A DNA stretch of 64,000 bases from Paragordius varius (lineage: Eukaryota > Animalia > Nematomorpha), in contig OZ176052.1 of assembly GCA_964247055.1 (NCBI GenBank), positions 12,710,001 through 12,774,000 on the forward strand, written 5' to 3'. Shown piece by piece: positions 28,636 to 41,207 of the stretch. Under the pieces are notes generated by a model. That model did not search any database. It was not told the DNA's origin and saw only the letters and a list, made by a program, of their open reading frames with translations. Positions within the stretch are counted from its first letter, which is position 1; every line of letters starts with the position of its first letter. The position numbers were made by a program, and so were the translations under genes.

Positions 28636-29269
28636 AAAGATTTAGTTATTTTATATGTATATCATTTACAGCTTAAAACATTTTGATTTAGGTAAAATGA
28701 TCAAAAAGGCCTAAGTTTGTTTCGAATAATGTCGATTTAATTTGAAAGGTACCGAGTCTTAACCAAAATCGAATTAAATATTTGTAAATCCTTTTCATTG
28801 AAATAACAATTTGTGGTCGCATTATACTGAACTGAGAATAAAAACGAACAGAGAAAAATAAAAAACTTCTATAATTATTTTGGAAATCATTTTACTTAGC
28901 CTTTATACGAACGATATATGATTTTAATTTTTTACTTTTTTTATCTCACCATAAAATAGATAACAAATATAAAATGCTTATAGAATATTTTTACTGATAT
29001 ATGATATAAATAATTGATTAGGTTGATATTTGGAATACTAAACTTCATGAAAGACAATCGAAATTTTTCTATTCGTTTGATGCGAAAATATTTTTAGTTC
29101 ATTTATGATATGATTTTTGAATTTTAAATGATAACACGATGCGCAAAAATTAAATATGCCTTTCGATTATAAAAGCCCCAGTATAATGATCGCAAATGGG
29201 AATAGATAAATAATTAATAGAATTTTTTCATTAATCTAAATCGAACTCAGATTAAGTTGGTTGTTTAAA

Positions 29270-30482
29270 AAATACGGCAGAATGTTGATTCATATAACGA
29301 TACGATAATACTGTGCGGCAAAAATAAGGCTCAAAAATAAATATTTATGAATAAGATAGCTAAAAGTTTCAGGATAATGAATATCGTAATGCGGTTAAAA
29401 AACTAAAAAAAGTTATTTCATTTTTCATTAACCGAAATCGAAAAATCGCATTTTTCTGGCATGTTAGGTCAAATAAATAACAATAGATGATAACGTGTCA
29501 ACTAATTTTTATTTGTTTTAATATAGTAAGGATGATTATAAACGCAAAATATTATCAATTTACGTTTTTCTGAGGGTTCCAGAAACATTAAAGGAGATTA
29601 GCTAAAAAATCGCACTTTGTCGTCAAATTTGAATCATAAAAACTTATTAATAGCGGTAAAAAATTTAATTTAAAGCACTCATATATAAACTCTTTATATA
29701 GAAATTACCCAATATAGCGCATTCAAAAAATTTAAGCCTTATATAAAAAAGAAAATTTTTGATAATTTCCACCAAAGCTGAAATTGCATATAATTACTAA
29801 GTAAAAAATTATTAGTAACACTGTTTCCATACAATTCGATGAAAAAAAGATGTACGACTCAATTTTTTAATTTGCGGAATTTTTTACCCAAAAACATTGA
29901 TTATATATATTGGGTATGGATAGAAATTTTTTTGCATCAAATTGTATGGAATGAATATTTATAATATATATTGAATGTTTTGTAAAAAATTTAAACAGCT
30001 TCCTCTTTGGTGCAAAATATCCAAGAATAATTTTCTTTTTATACAAGAGGCAATTTTTTGTTAAAGGGGATATATTGGGTAAACTCATGAGTTAATATAT
30101 GATTGTTATAATAAAAATAAAATCTTTTACCGCACATTAACAAGTTTTTATCAAATTTGAGGCTAAAATGCAATTTTTTAGTTTATATTCTTGCAAATCT
30201 TTATGGGACCTTCCGTAACAGTGCTTTGCTGATAATATTTTGCACTTAGACGTAATTTTATTTTGTATTAACACAAATAAAATTTCGTCGACACGATTTC
30301 ATCTATTGTATCTAATATTATTTAACCTAATATGCGATAAAAATGCGATTTTTGATTTAATAGTAGAAAAATAACTTTTTTTCTAATATTTTAATCTCAT
30401 ATGCCATTTCAAATTCCTGAATCTTTTAGCTATCGAATGATATATGATTCATTAACATTTATTTTTTGCTGCGCACCGTTTA
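29270..30482. mobile_element. ~1.2-kb foldback element (family F)
   Basis: Arm pairs CCATACAATTCGATG/CATCAAATTGTATGG, TTACCCAATAT/ATATTGGGTAA, GCGGTAAAA/TTTTACCGC and GATAGCTAAAAG/CTTTTAGCTATC; centre near 29890. Confidence 0.8.
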
Positions 30483-32639
30483 AAAAGGAAAATAATTTTG
30501 TGATTATATATTTTTTCTAAATAATCTTAAAAAGATCATTGTAAAAGCCAACAAATCGGATCTAGTATACAATATAATGCGATTATAGGGAAAATATTTG
30601 AATTTACTATGTACTCTAAGTAAATATCCTAATTCATTCAAACCCTTTTTTACAGCAGATCAATATTTGCACTTATTAATTTAAATTTAATTCAACATTT
30701 TTTTAAATGCATTCCTTCATTTTAATTAAATTAAACTACAAATAATTTTTAGAATTTATTGTTAAAAATATTTTATAAGATATAATTTTTCGATAAATTT
30801 TTTTTATCAATTTAAAATAATATATGGATACGTCAACAAAAAAATATATATGACTCATTACACTAGTCAACAAGGTTTTGCACCACCCCATTATTTTTGC
30901 ATTTTCTGATACCTAATGGCATGGAAAGGCCAAAACAAAAAAGAAAATTGAGGCCACCAATAGGATTTTTCCAAAATTTACTTTTTAAATTTGTATTTAA
31001 TTCAAAAATAACAATCATTCCTCGTGTACATATGTTTAAAAATTCAAACAAGCAAGTCAATACAAGTAATATTCCATGCATGGATAACAAATTCTAGGCA
31101 TTAAATAAGATACTAAACAAGATAAGAGCCAAATTATTAAAAATTTAAAAGGGGCTTATGTATAGTGTGATAGATATGGGCGGCTGCACAAGCTCTGCAT
31201 ATCCCCCAAGCGATCCTATAATTATGCCAGATATGGCAAAGATAACAATAAGTAATCGTAAAGTCCGATAAGAGAGACTTGCAAGCAAAATCTGGCAAAT
31301 TGACATGTCCAATTAACCAATTTACAGAATAAAGTTAGATAAATTCTACAATTAAATTAAATATAAATTAGGTAAATACAAATGGTCCAACCCCATAACA
31401 GTAAATTCTACTAAAAGTGGCTACACAACATCTATCTGAAATTCAAAATACAAAACAACCAATAATTTCAAAAAAATAAGCTATATCCACTAGGTATAAA
31501 TAAAGGATTTTTTATAAGAACCAACTCAAGAGAAAAAGTCTAATAAGTACTCGAAAGAACGAAATCTAACAAAAAAAATATAGCCTATCTGAAAGCCGAA
31601 GGTTTAAACCATAGAATGCCTTTTTTAGTATTTTTTTAAAAAATTTTTATATGTGTTAAAAATTCACTTGAAAAAAAAGACTAAATTTTGACGTTTACCG
31701 TACTATTTTTTTCTCTCTGATATTTAAATGACATATTTATATTCAAAAGATAGAGTTTAAAACGCTTTATTAAATGATATTAAATTTATAATATAATAAC
31801 ATTTTATTATAAAGTTATATTTAATTTTCTCTCGATTTTCTCTTGTTTTTGAAAAATTGAAAAACCTATAAAATTTCAAAATTCTGATTGGCGGGATCAA
31901 AATTTTTTTCAAATTCGGTTTTAAACACTGAAATTAGTCATGATTTAAAAAGTTTGAGTGGTGGTGCTTAAAAATGTCCAAATTTGTCGACTAGTGTAAT
32001 TTTAGCTGAATTTAATTTCATATATAATAATTTTTTTCTATTTTTATTAAATTAAAATTAAATTGTAAGCATTTGGAACGTTTATATTCATCATGTTTGG
32101 TGATTTAAATTTCAATTTATATGTTTTTGTTTTGTTAAGATTGAAAATTGACTTTCGTATAATTTTTAAACATATTTTATATGCATACCAAAAAAAGATT
32201 AATTTTATACCAGTGACAATTTTAAATAATATATATAAATTTATTATGATACAATCACACTTCAGCGTAAACAATATCCAGAAATAAAATTAATTGGAAG
32301 TTTTTGTGTCTGTGCAATGTGAAGTTTAGTTATAGTGTTTCTTAAATGAAAAGGTATTGATAAAGTTTACCAAATTTCATTTATGAAATGGTCAATGTTT
32401 CAATGAAATTAATTATATGAATAATGAGTGGTAAATTATTTCATTTGACTCATCACCTCTACACTGAACAATGTTTATCAAACCCAAATTTCATTGATTA
32501 AGATCGACAGTTTTTGAAATCGTTTTCATCAATTCTACATTATTTTAAATCAAAATGAAAATACAGTAAAAATTGAAGTCATAACCAAAAAACAAATATA
32601 AATTGTTTGAAAAAAGGCCTATTGTTTTAGATTGCAAAG

Positions 32640-33060
32640 TAAGAAATAGAACCAGTAACAAAAGAAATTATGCGGACAAAACGTAAAAATATAAACAAAT
32701 ATTTTTTTAAAAATAATTATACTATTTAAACCATATTATTTCCCCTATATAAAATATTAAAATAAAACATAAATGATTGTGTTACCAATGTAAAACTCTT
32801 TTTCATATTTGGCAATTAAAAAATATTTTTACCCGTAGGTATAATTTCAATTTTTACTGTATATTGGTATTACACCATCTATTAAATAAGTGTAATTAAA
32901 TGATTTATATAAGATTCAACATACAAAAAGTATTTTAAAAAATGTTTGTATTTTTATATTGTTACGTTTTGTCTGTATAATTTCAATTTTTATTGTAATT
33001 AAGCTAAAAATTTGGTACTCATGGTACCGTAATATTAAAATTTTATATTTTTAGTTTTGC
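32640..33060. repeat. Imperfect palindrome whose left arm also occurs in the 7-14 kb array units
   Basis: AAATTATGCGGACAAAACGTAAAAATATAAACAAAT (32666) pairs with ATGTTTGTATTTTTATATTGTTACGTTTTGTCTGTATAATTT (32943). Related GCGGACAAAAC blocks at 11622, 12890, 14137 and 14933. Confidence 0.6.
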
Positions 33061-34516
33061 ACATTTTTGTGATTTTTCTGGAAACTTTTATAATCGATTA
33101 TGTATTTTATATAAATAAGCTTTATTGAATTTGCACAATTTTGCTTTAGAGGTAAGTGTTAAAAGCAACGCTTTATCGAACGTAATTAATATTTAATAAG
33201 TATAGAAAATTTCATTAGTTAATATAATGCTTAAACATTTGAATGCTTTAAATTAAATAATTAGTTAATAAAGGTGGTTGATTACTAAAGTATTTATGAA
33301 AGATGTTAAATTTTTAATATTAATTTAAAAGGACATAATATAAATATCTGCTGTTATAATATTTGTTTTAGTTTTTTGAATCCAATTTTATACGCAAATG
33401 TCGAATTAAGTCATTGGTAAAAACTTTTTTAAGTCATCACATGATAGTTTTAAATTGTATAGGTCTGGTAGAAAATTTTTAATTTCATATATTTTTTTCT
33501 ATTAAAACTCATTTCACTCATAAGACCTTTTCAACCAAAATACGTTTTAAAATCCAACTTATTTATCCGAACACAATCTATGTTAAATCATTCACCCTTA
33601 ACTTCAATTGATATTAATTTTTCTTTTTTTATATATTAGTCACAAAATTTAAATTTTAAGTGGGACTTTCATTAACCAGACCTAGCCTTAATATATTAAC
33701 TTTAATTAGTTAAAAGTATAAATTTTATAATATGATCCTTGTACTAAAATGTTATTTGATTGGAAAAGCATTAGATTTGGTTTAAAATTATTATAAAATG
33801 AGTTTTAATGAGAAATTTCAACTTAAATAAAGACACAAGAGTTATTGATTTGACTTATAAAAGTATTTATTGTGTATACTTTCTTCATAAAACTGTGATT
33901 TTACCAATTAAGACTTGTTGAATCCAACAATATGTTAAATAAATTCATATATTTTCAACGAAATATGTTACCAATAAACGCGTGTACGAATAGATTTAGT
34001 ATTATTGAGTAATTTGAAATATTAGCATGTTATTAATAATCTTTAATACTATATATTTAAGATATCTTTTCTCTATTATTTGATGTAAAAAAACTTATGT
34101 TTATGTTGTTGATCGGGGAATTACAAAAATTTAAATTTAAATTTTTGGCGGAACTTAAATTAAATTTTTGATTCAGTTTTCGGAGCATAATTAATTTAAT
34201 TTTAAAATAGAGGCAATAGATGTTATATCTACATCATTCTATAGTAATACTAATTTAGTAATATATATTAGAGGTTATATAAACAATTATTTGAAAATTA
34301 TATATTAATGTCTTGTTTATTAAGAGTTTTAATCATTTTATAAACAATATGAATAAATTTTATTTAGAAATTATAGCTTACCCCATAATCCCACTTTCTT
34401 TGATATAAATTCACGCCAGAGTGCAATGTAATTTCGACCTTCCAAAAACTACCAATAAATATTTTGTGTTTATCTTAATGAGGGTAGAAAATATTTATAT
34501 TCTATGCAAGTATTCG

Positions 34517-34655
34517 ATTTTAGCGAATAGTAATCAGATTTTTCTAGCATTTTAACCGCATATATCATTAATTTCGGTAATTATTGTTCAATTTTAGCGA
34601 ATAGTAATCAGATTTTTCTATCATTTTAACCGCATATATCATTAATTTCGGTAAT
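34517..34655. repeat. 74-bp direct duplication of a family-F fragment
   Basis: TTTTAGCGAATAGTAATCAGATTTTTCTAGCATTTTAACCGCATATATCATTAATTTCGGTAAT occurs twice (TAGCG at 34521 and 34595). Confidence 0.85.
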
Positions 34656-34937
34656 CATCGTAAGTGAGGCGTTTAACAATAGAATGATATATGATTAACA
34701 AACATTCAATTTTCGACACGCCATTTGTGGGATTATAAAATCGACGTTTATATGAAAAAAGGTAAATTATAATATTTTTTAGGTTACAATATTACTAAAT
34801 TATTAAAAATGATTTCAAGATCTGACGTAAATATTAAGGTATATATAATGCTAATTAAAGTTCAGCAATATCTAATAAATTAAATAAAATTATCAAGAAA
34901 TTAACAAATCGAAAAACGGATCGAGCTTAACATGATA

Positions 34938-35512
34938 GGAAAAGTAAAATATTATATTTTTTAGGTACCGAAAATATTTTGAATTTTAACGAATGAAATA
35001 ATTGGAAGAAATTACCTGCTCAATATTAAATGGATTGGCCATTATGAAATAAGGTAAAATATATTTTTTAGGTACCGAATATATTTTCAATTTTAACTAA
35101 TGAACTAATTGGAAGATATACCTGCTTAATAATAAATAGATTGGCCATTATAAAAAAAGGTAAAATATTATATTTTTTAGGTACCAAAAATATTTTCAAC
35201 TTCGAATAAATAAATGGAAGAAATTACATTCTCAATATTAAATAGATTGGCCACTATGAAAAAAGGTAAAATATTATATTTTTTAGGTACCAAAAATATT
35301 TTTAATTTTAACTAATGAACTAATTGGAAGATATACCTGCTTAATAATAAATAGATTGGCCATTATAAAAAAGGTAAAATATTATATTTTTTAGGTACCA
35401 AAAATATTTTCAACTTCGAATTAATAATTGGAAGAAATTACCTGCTCAATATTAAATAGATTGGCCACTATGAAAAAAGGTAAAATATTATATTTTTAGG
35501 TACCGAAATGTT
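34938..35512. repeat. ~107-bp tandem repeat, about 5.4 copies, A/B alternating
   Basis: GGTACC at 34964, 35071, 35180, 35286, 35394 and 35499; each full unit also has ATTGGCCA. Confidence 0.92.
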
Positions 35513-38500
35513 TTTATTATGGAATAAAATAATTAGAGGAATTTTAGTAACGATAAATTGACAATTAATATGAATGGAAAGATTTAAATAATATCAAATT
35601 AAATTATCAAGATATCCAGTAAAAAATCTATATAAATCAACGAGTTTTTTGACAATGCATGGAAAGCTCTCACAAAACTATTAATATATAATATGAATGA
35701 AATGGTTCAATATATTTTAAATTCTAGGAAATTATATAAGTTGAAAAAGATATATTGATTGATTATTATTTAAAGAAAAACTGGTATATATAATTACAAG
35801 ATTTGATATATGCAAAATTAGATTAACTTGTTTAAAAATAAAAATGGCTCAAATTTTATGAAAGAAAAGGTATTTGAATTTATATAATAATAATCAAAAG
35901 CGCACACTAACATTTTAAATCATATCACCAAAAAAATTTTTCCGCATACCCCAAACACGAAAATTCCGTTATGTTTGAAATTTTTTACTTTTAACCATAT
36001 TTATTAATTAATTTGTCAATCAGAAAATTGTATTGTGGTATATTTATTTCGGTTTTTATGTTATTAAATGCTTAAATAAATTAAAAATGTGAACCAAAAT
36101 CATAATCATTTGACCAATTTAAACAATCGAACCGGAATTTTTTAATAGAAGCTTAATCTTAAATCTTTATATGATTTCTGATGTTGATTAGATAATAAAT
36201 ATAGATTATATTGTTGGATTTAGGTTTTTAACTGATGTACATCAAGCTGAATCGAATCCGTTTAGCTATCTATAATATAAATAGAGTAGTTATGTTAACA
36301 GCTATTAATGAAAATTAAAGAGAAAATATTTTACAGTCAAATTATAAGCAGTCCCAAAATAAATGGAACGATTTAGATTGGTGATTTATGTGACAACTTA
36401 AATACAAAATCTTTTAATGAATCGAACTGATGCCAGATGTTTAAATGTGTCCATTACCAAAAAAAGACTAAAAGGAAACACAATTATATAAAATTTGCAT
36501 TACCCGAAAACGCAAAGAGAAAAAATTATACATTAAGTTTAATAAATCCAAAGATTTTATTAAATGATATATTTTCTTATAAATTTATGATAGTTGCTCA
36601 AATAAATAGTTGCTTATGCATAATACATATTTTTTAAAATGTTAAAATATCTATTATTTTACATGAATTGAATCATCATGTAAAACTTCCTACTGTTAGA
36701 ATCTATCATTATATTGGAAATACCCAAAAATTTATTGCCTGAATTACATTAAAACATTTAATAATAATTAATAAATGGGAATTCAAACCAGCACCCATTT
36801 GCAAACCGGGATACAAAATTATATATATATATCTTATATATATATATAATTTTAAATAATTATTATATATATTTGATAAGGATTTATTAACTATATTGAT
36901 TCTCAAATTTAATGCTCTAGAATTTTGCACAAAACATTGAATTATCTTATTTTTAAATTTTTTATCGATAAAAGATTTCTTATAGACATTATGAAAATAT
37001 AAAATGATTTAACAAATGTACTTATTGGAATCAAATGCATAGTTATCAGTTAATATTATACCCTTAAAAATAAAATTTTTGGGTATAAGTACTTAAAATA
37101 ATTGAATTATTATGATCCAGTTGCATGAGCTAAGCATTATTTGAATTAATATCTCACCATATTAAAGTAAATTGATCAGCCCAACATTTCATTTATACAA
37201 AAATCGACGTATAAAGTGGAACCCAAACTTTTCTCTTTAATTCGGACAAATTATGGGGTGCCTTTGAATAAACAAAAAATCAATTAAAAAAGTAATGTTA
37301 TTATAAATATTTTATACTGGTATAAAGGGCATACTTAAAAAGATAAAACACTATGTCACTTAAAAACACAATTAGGGTTAATACTAACCGGTTTTGAATA
37401 TAGATGAGACTACGACCGCTTATAAAGATGACCAAAAAATCTCACACTTACACTATTATAAGCAATTAAAACAGTAAACTTTATGTGTCGTTTAGTGATA
37501 TTTATTAATTCTAGTGTTAAAGATATGAAAGTAGAGTTATCGGCGGTCACACCAATTTATATATTTTTGGCGATAAAAAACTCAACCTTAGATAAAAATA
37601 GGCTATTAATAAAAACTTTGAGTCTGTAACCCAATAAATTTTCTAACTGATCCGCAGTACCATTGGCATCTAAACGAAGGAATCGAGTTAAACCTATAAG
37701 GGGCCTATTTTGTTTTTGTGACTTTTCCTTAAAGAAGGGACTAGAGAAGGTAGAAATGGGAATAATATAAATAATTTCCCAATCGCCAAAATGAATCAAC
37801 ACCTTAAGCCTAACTCAGCAAATACATAACTGCAAAATAAATTATTTAAAGCGTTCGCCATTTTAGAGGCAAACATAACTTAATCAACATTTAAAAGTAA
37901 AAATAAACTTAAAATGCCACCAAAAAATTGCAAAATCAATAATTCAAAATCTAAACAGCACTTGAAAGAAAGAAAAAACAAATATAACATGTACTATATC
38001 ATATGGAATTCTTCCTATAATTGTTTATAATTGTAGGGTCTAAATATAAAAAATAATGTAAATTTTTTTCCAATTTAGGAAATCTATAACGGCTTTTAAA
38101 TATTTAAGTTTTTCAATATATCTGAATAGGATCTTATTTTTACACTTTAATTATTAAAGATTAGTTTTGATTTTATTCAATTGGTTGCAAATATTACAGC
38201 AAATATATTTATTTTTCAATGTTTGGGAAAAACCCTGTTGTTAATAAAATATTTACTTGCCAGTTTTGTATATTAATTTGGGATTCTGTACAAATATAAT
38301 CTGTAATGCAGAGTTTCCAGTAATATAGGTATTCGCGTCCTCAGTTAGTTCAATCTAAATGTTAGAAATATAGCTAACCAAACATTTTGATCCAATACAC
38401 TTTTGACCTCTGAACAGAGTAATTATAATAATCAGGTTTTCTACAGCTTGCCTTCTTTTATTAACAATGCCGCCACAAAAATTATTTTTTTTAAAAATGT

Positions 38501-39301
38501 TCAATATTTATGCACCTTAAAAACAAATATGCAATTAAATTTTCATATTAACTACAGATATTTAATCAGGTAATTCACTACCATATATATATATATATAT
38601 ATATATAGCCACTGTTTATAAATATATTTATATGGGAAAATTTTAAGAGCTATAACCATCAGATTATAAGGGTTCTAATAAAATTTTAAATTTTTATTGC
38701 TAAAAATGTTTTGCCCATTATAATATTAGTATTATGTATATATCTATTTTACCTTTAAACAATTTATAGCTATTATGTTCGTATATATAATTATCAAATT
38801 TTTAAATATATTTTAGACAAAATATTTAACTAAATGGGATTAAAATTAAGTTTCATTATTAAATAATTATTTAGCAATTTTTTTGTTAAAGACACCTTGT
38901 ATCTTCCAAAATTTTAAAAATCTGGGATTATATGAGTAATTCAAAGTTAAATCATTGCCGAAAAATTAGCTGTTATTTGAGGGCAAAACGTTCGCTAAAA
39001 ATATAAAAAAAGAATTAGAACGATATTAATATACATATTAGATATCGCTTATAGCATGTCCCTTAAGACATAAAAGATATTAAAATCTACATTACGACTA
39101 ATATTTGACCAAAAATCATCTTATATAAATTTAACCTTTTTCTAGCAATCCAGATAAAACATATACCTATTATACATTATAAATAATTTATAAAAATGGA
39201 CACAATATTTTTTTTAGAACAAGAGATTCGTTGTACTATTATGTTACTCTATGTTTTTTAAACATCTGCTTTTGGTTTATCCTTAGTTTTATTCATTTGA
39301 T

Positions 39302-41063
39302 ATGACAGCAATAGCTCAACCCGAGAGCTGGGATATGATAGTTAAACGAACGCAAGTGACACTAGGTTATTTAATTTTTAACTTTTCTACATGTATTAGC
39401 TGTTTGATACACTATTTAACAAATTATTCCTAATTATTATCTCTATAAAACACAACATAGGTAAAGTTATTAAAAGGCCACCTCTACGCCCGGATCTGCT
39501 GCAAAAACCACCTTTTAGATTTATCTTTGATATAATTCATGAAGTTATAACTACTACAGGATTTTTTCATGGTAAATTTATTTATTTTTTAGATATTGTA
39601 TTTAGTTATAATAATATAAATCATTTCGTGCTTAAGCTATAAAACCGCATGGTTAACTTTTTGGGTGCGGTGGCTTGGCTTATAATAAGAGTCCCAATAT
39701 AAAATACGAATTTATGTATTAATCAATATGCAAAATTTTATTCCGATATTAATACAAGTATACCAAGCTGTCATGGAATCCCTAAGTTTATGGTTGTATT
39801 TAAATTTATGTTGAGGTGTTGGAACCATTTCAAGTGCTCTTAAAAATTAAAATATGTTGCAATCTCGTTAACAATTAGGTGATTCTTTGTTTAAACCCTT
39901 TCCAAAATTTTGTAAAACGAGAACAAACTACATTTTACTCTTAACTGCAAAATTAATTGAAAAAAAAACAATAATATATAAAGAAGAACCGGGGTGGTTT
40001 CTGAAGGCCTGATTCCTAAGAGTTTAAAAATAGAACCGGATTGATTTCCAAAATTTTGGAACCGGAATCGGGGTGGTTCCTGACCAAGTGGAACCGAAAC
40101 GGGTAAGTTCTTTAAATTAATGGTTCAACCTGTTCCATTTTGGTTCATGACTTTTCATTAATGATTTTCACACAAATTTTAAAAAGCAACTAAGCCAAAT
40201 GTATAAGTACAAAGTAGGTAATAAGTGTGTTTGATAAAATAATATTTTTGAATCTATGGCCAAAAAAACTTAGGCGCCGGATGCGGCTTGTGGATTGGGA
40301 AACGGGGTCGGTATTCATTGAAACTGGTTCCTGTTAAAATCTTAAGTCGGTCGGTTAGAAGCCATGATTTAAAACATACAATTTAATTATCTTTCATTTT
40401 TCAGAATATTTTGTAATAGCATATGAAAATATTACACTCTTTTCATTATACTAAAATTAGGGTTTCGCGTTTATAGTTAATTTCTAAGTTATTTAAAAAT
40501 TTTTTTTATTATTATTAATAAGTTGGACATAATGTTCATTACACCGAATAAAACTCTCATAGGATTAAAAAAATTAATGATTTTGTTTGTAATACCTGGT
40601 TAGCTATTTTACCAACATTAAGATACTTATATTTTTTCAGGTTTATACACGGATGCCGAATTAAATCCAGATTATTATCAGGATAGAGATACAAAAGCTT
40701 TATTTTTGGAAAAAGCTTTAGCCTGTGTAATTTTTACCAAAGGCCAAATGTTAAAAGCCAATCCTCTTAAGATTTTGGCTGGCTTGGAACCCGAAAGGAC
40801 AAATTCATTCTTACAAGCACTGGGTTTATATGATTTTAAAAAAATTGTGTATATTTCATTATTTGACTGGTTCATGTTATCATCTATTTTTTTTTTCATT
40901 GTAATAAGTTATAAAATTCGAATAATTAGAAGAAAATAATGAAACTCAAATATAAAAAAACAGGCTTTTATATAAAAATATTTTATTAGGAATATGCCTT
41001 TTGGAAGGATACGATAGCACAAATGCAGTTCAAAGAGTTCTTTCAGGCGAACGGCCGTTTTAA
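39302..41063 (+). CDS. TRAF3IP1: TRAF3IP1/IFT54 (MIP-T3) homolog, N-terminal calponin-homology domain only, 143 aa, 4 exons
   Basis: Exons 39302-39365, 39461-39571, 40641-40823, 40990-41063; all introns GT-AG and phase 1. Spliced protein: [143 protein letters not shown]. It matches the IFT54 N-terminus as remembered (VRRTQEALGKVIRRPPL..LLSKPPFRYLHDII.EVI..TGF..GLYTDAE...K..FL.KA....G..L.A.P..I.AG.EPERTN.LLQ.IG.C......AV.RVL.GE). TAA stop at 41061-41063; in-frame TAG upstream at 39284-39286. Confidence 0.93.
39985..40370. mobile_element. GGAACCG/GGTTCC-rich element remnant in IFT54 intron 2, possibly hAT-like
   Basis: GC-rich island with repeated GAACCG/GGTTCC motifs, ending CGGTCGGTTAGAAGCCATGATTT. 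No TSD verified. Confidence 0.4.
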
Positions 41064-41201
41064 ATCAATGATGCAGAAGTGCGCTCAATAATTTAATTGA
41101 TGGTCTGGCATTTTGTTTTTACCGTTATTTGAGAGAATAACAAATATTTTATGTTGTTTTATAATGATTATATATATATATATATATGTTTGAATCGTTT
41201 C

Positions 41202-41207
41202 AATAAA
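41202..41207 (+). promoter_or_regulatory. Candidate polyadenylation signal of the IFT54 transcript
   Basis: AATAAA about 140 nt after the TAA stop, followed by a GT-rich tract (41220-41265). Weak evidence in such an AT-rich genome. Confidence 0.35.

Larger units (their letters stand above)
30863..38354 (-). pseudogene. Unidentified minus-strand coding-like segments (candidate decayed or unresolved gene, hydrophobic at the 3' end), divergent from IFT54
   Basis: Locally higher GC and long nearly-open frames: 38354-38257; 37809-37452 (one TAA at 37557-37559, ends in a GTAAGT donor); 37261-37158 (one TAA at 37193-37195, ends in GTGAGA); 31291-30863 (TAA 31145-31147, TAG 31094-31096; LLIVIFAISGIIIGSLGG, MHGILLVLTCLFEF, PIGGLNFLFCFGLSMPLG). 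No complete canonical model could be built. Confidence 0.35.

Noticed and set aside
30897-31097. Plus-strand ORF MHFLIPNG...
   Set aside because: It is the wobble-aligned antisense shadow of the hydrophobic minus-strand frame. No recognisable motif, though the strand cannot be fully settled.
5673-36637. Remaining short ORFs in the track (5673, 6411, 6771, 8869, 10231, 14356, 18654, 20213, 20433, 28167, 29867, 32047, 32093, 36437)
   Set aside because: Low-complexity I/K/F/N/Y-rich translations of AT-rich repeats with no motifs or splice context.
30863-41100. Alternative genetic code (TAA/TAG = Gln) to explain the in-frame stops and the IFT54 stop
   Set aside because: 1767 LLTP codons and 143 IFT54 codons contain no in-frame TAA/TAG and use CAA/CAG for Gln. 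At this AT content a reassigned TAA would be common.
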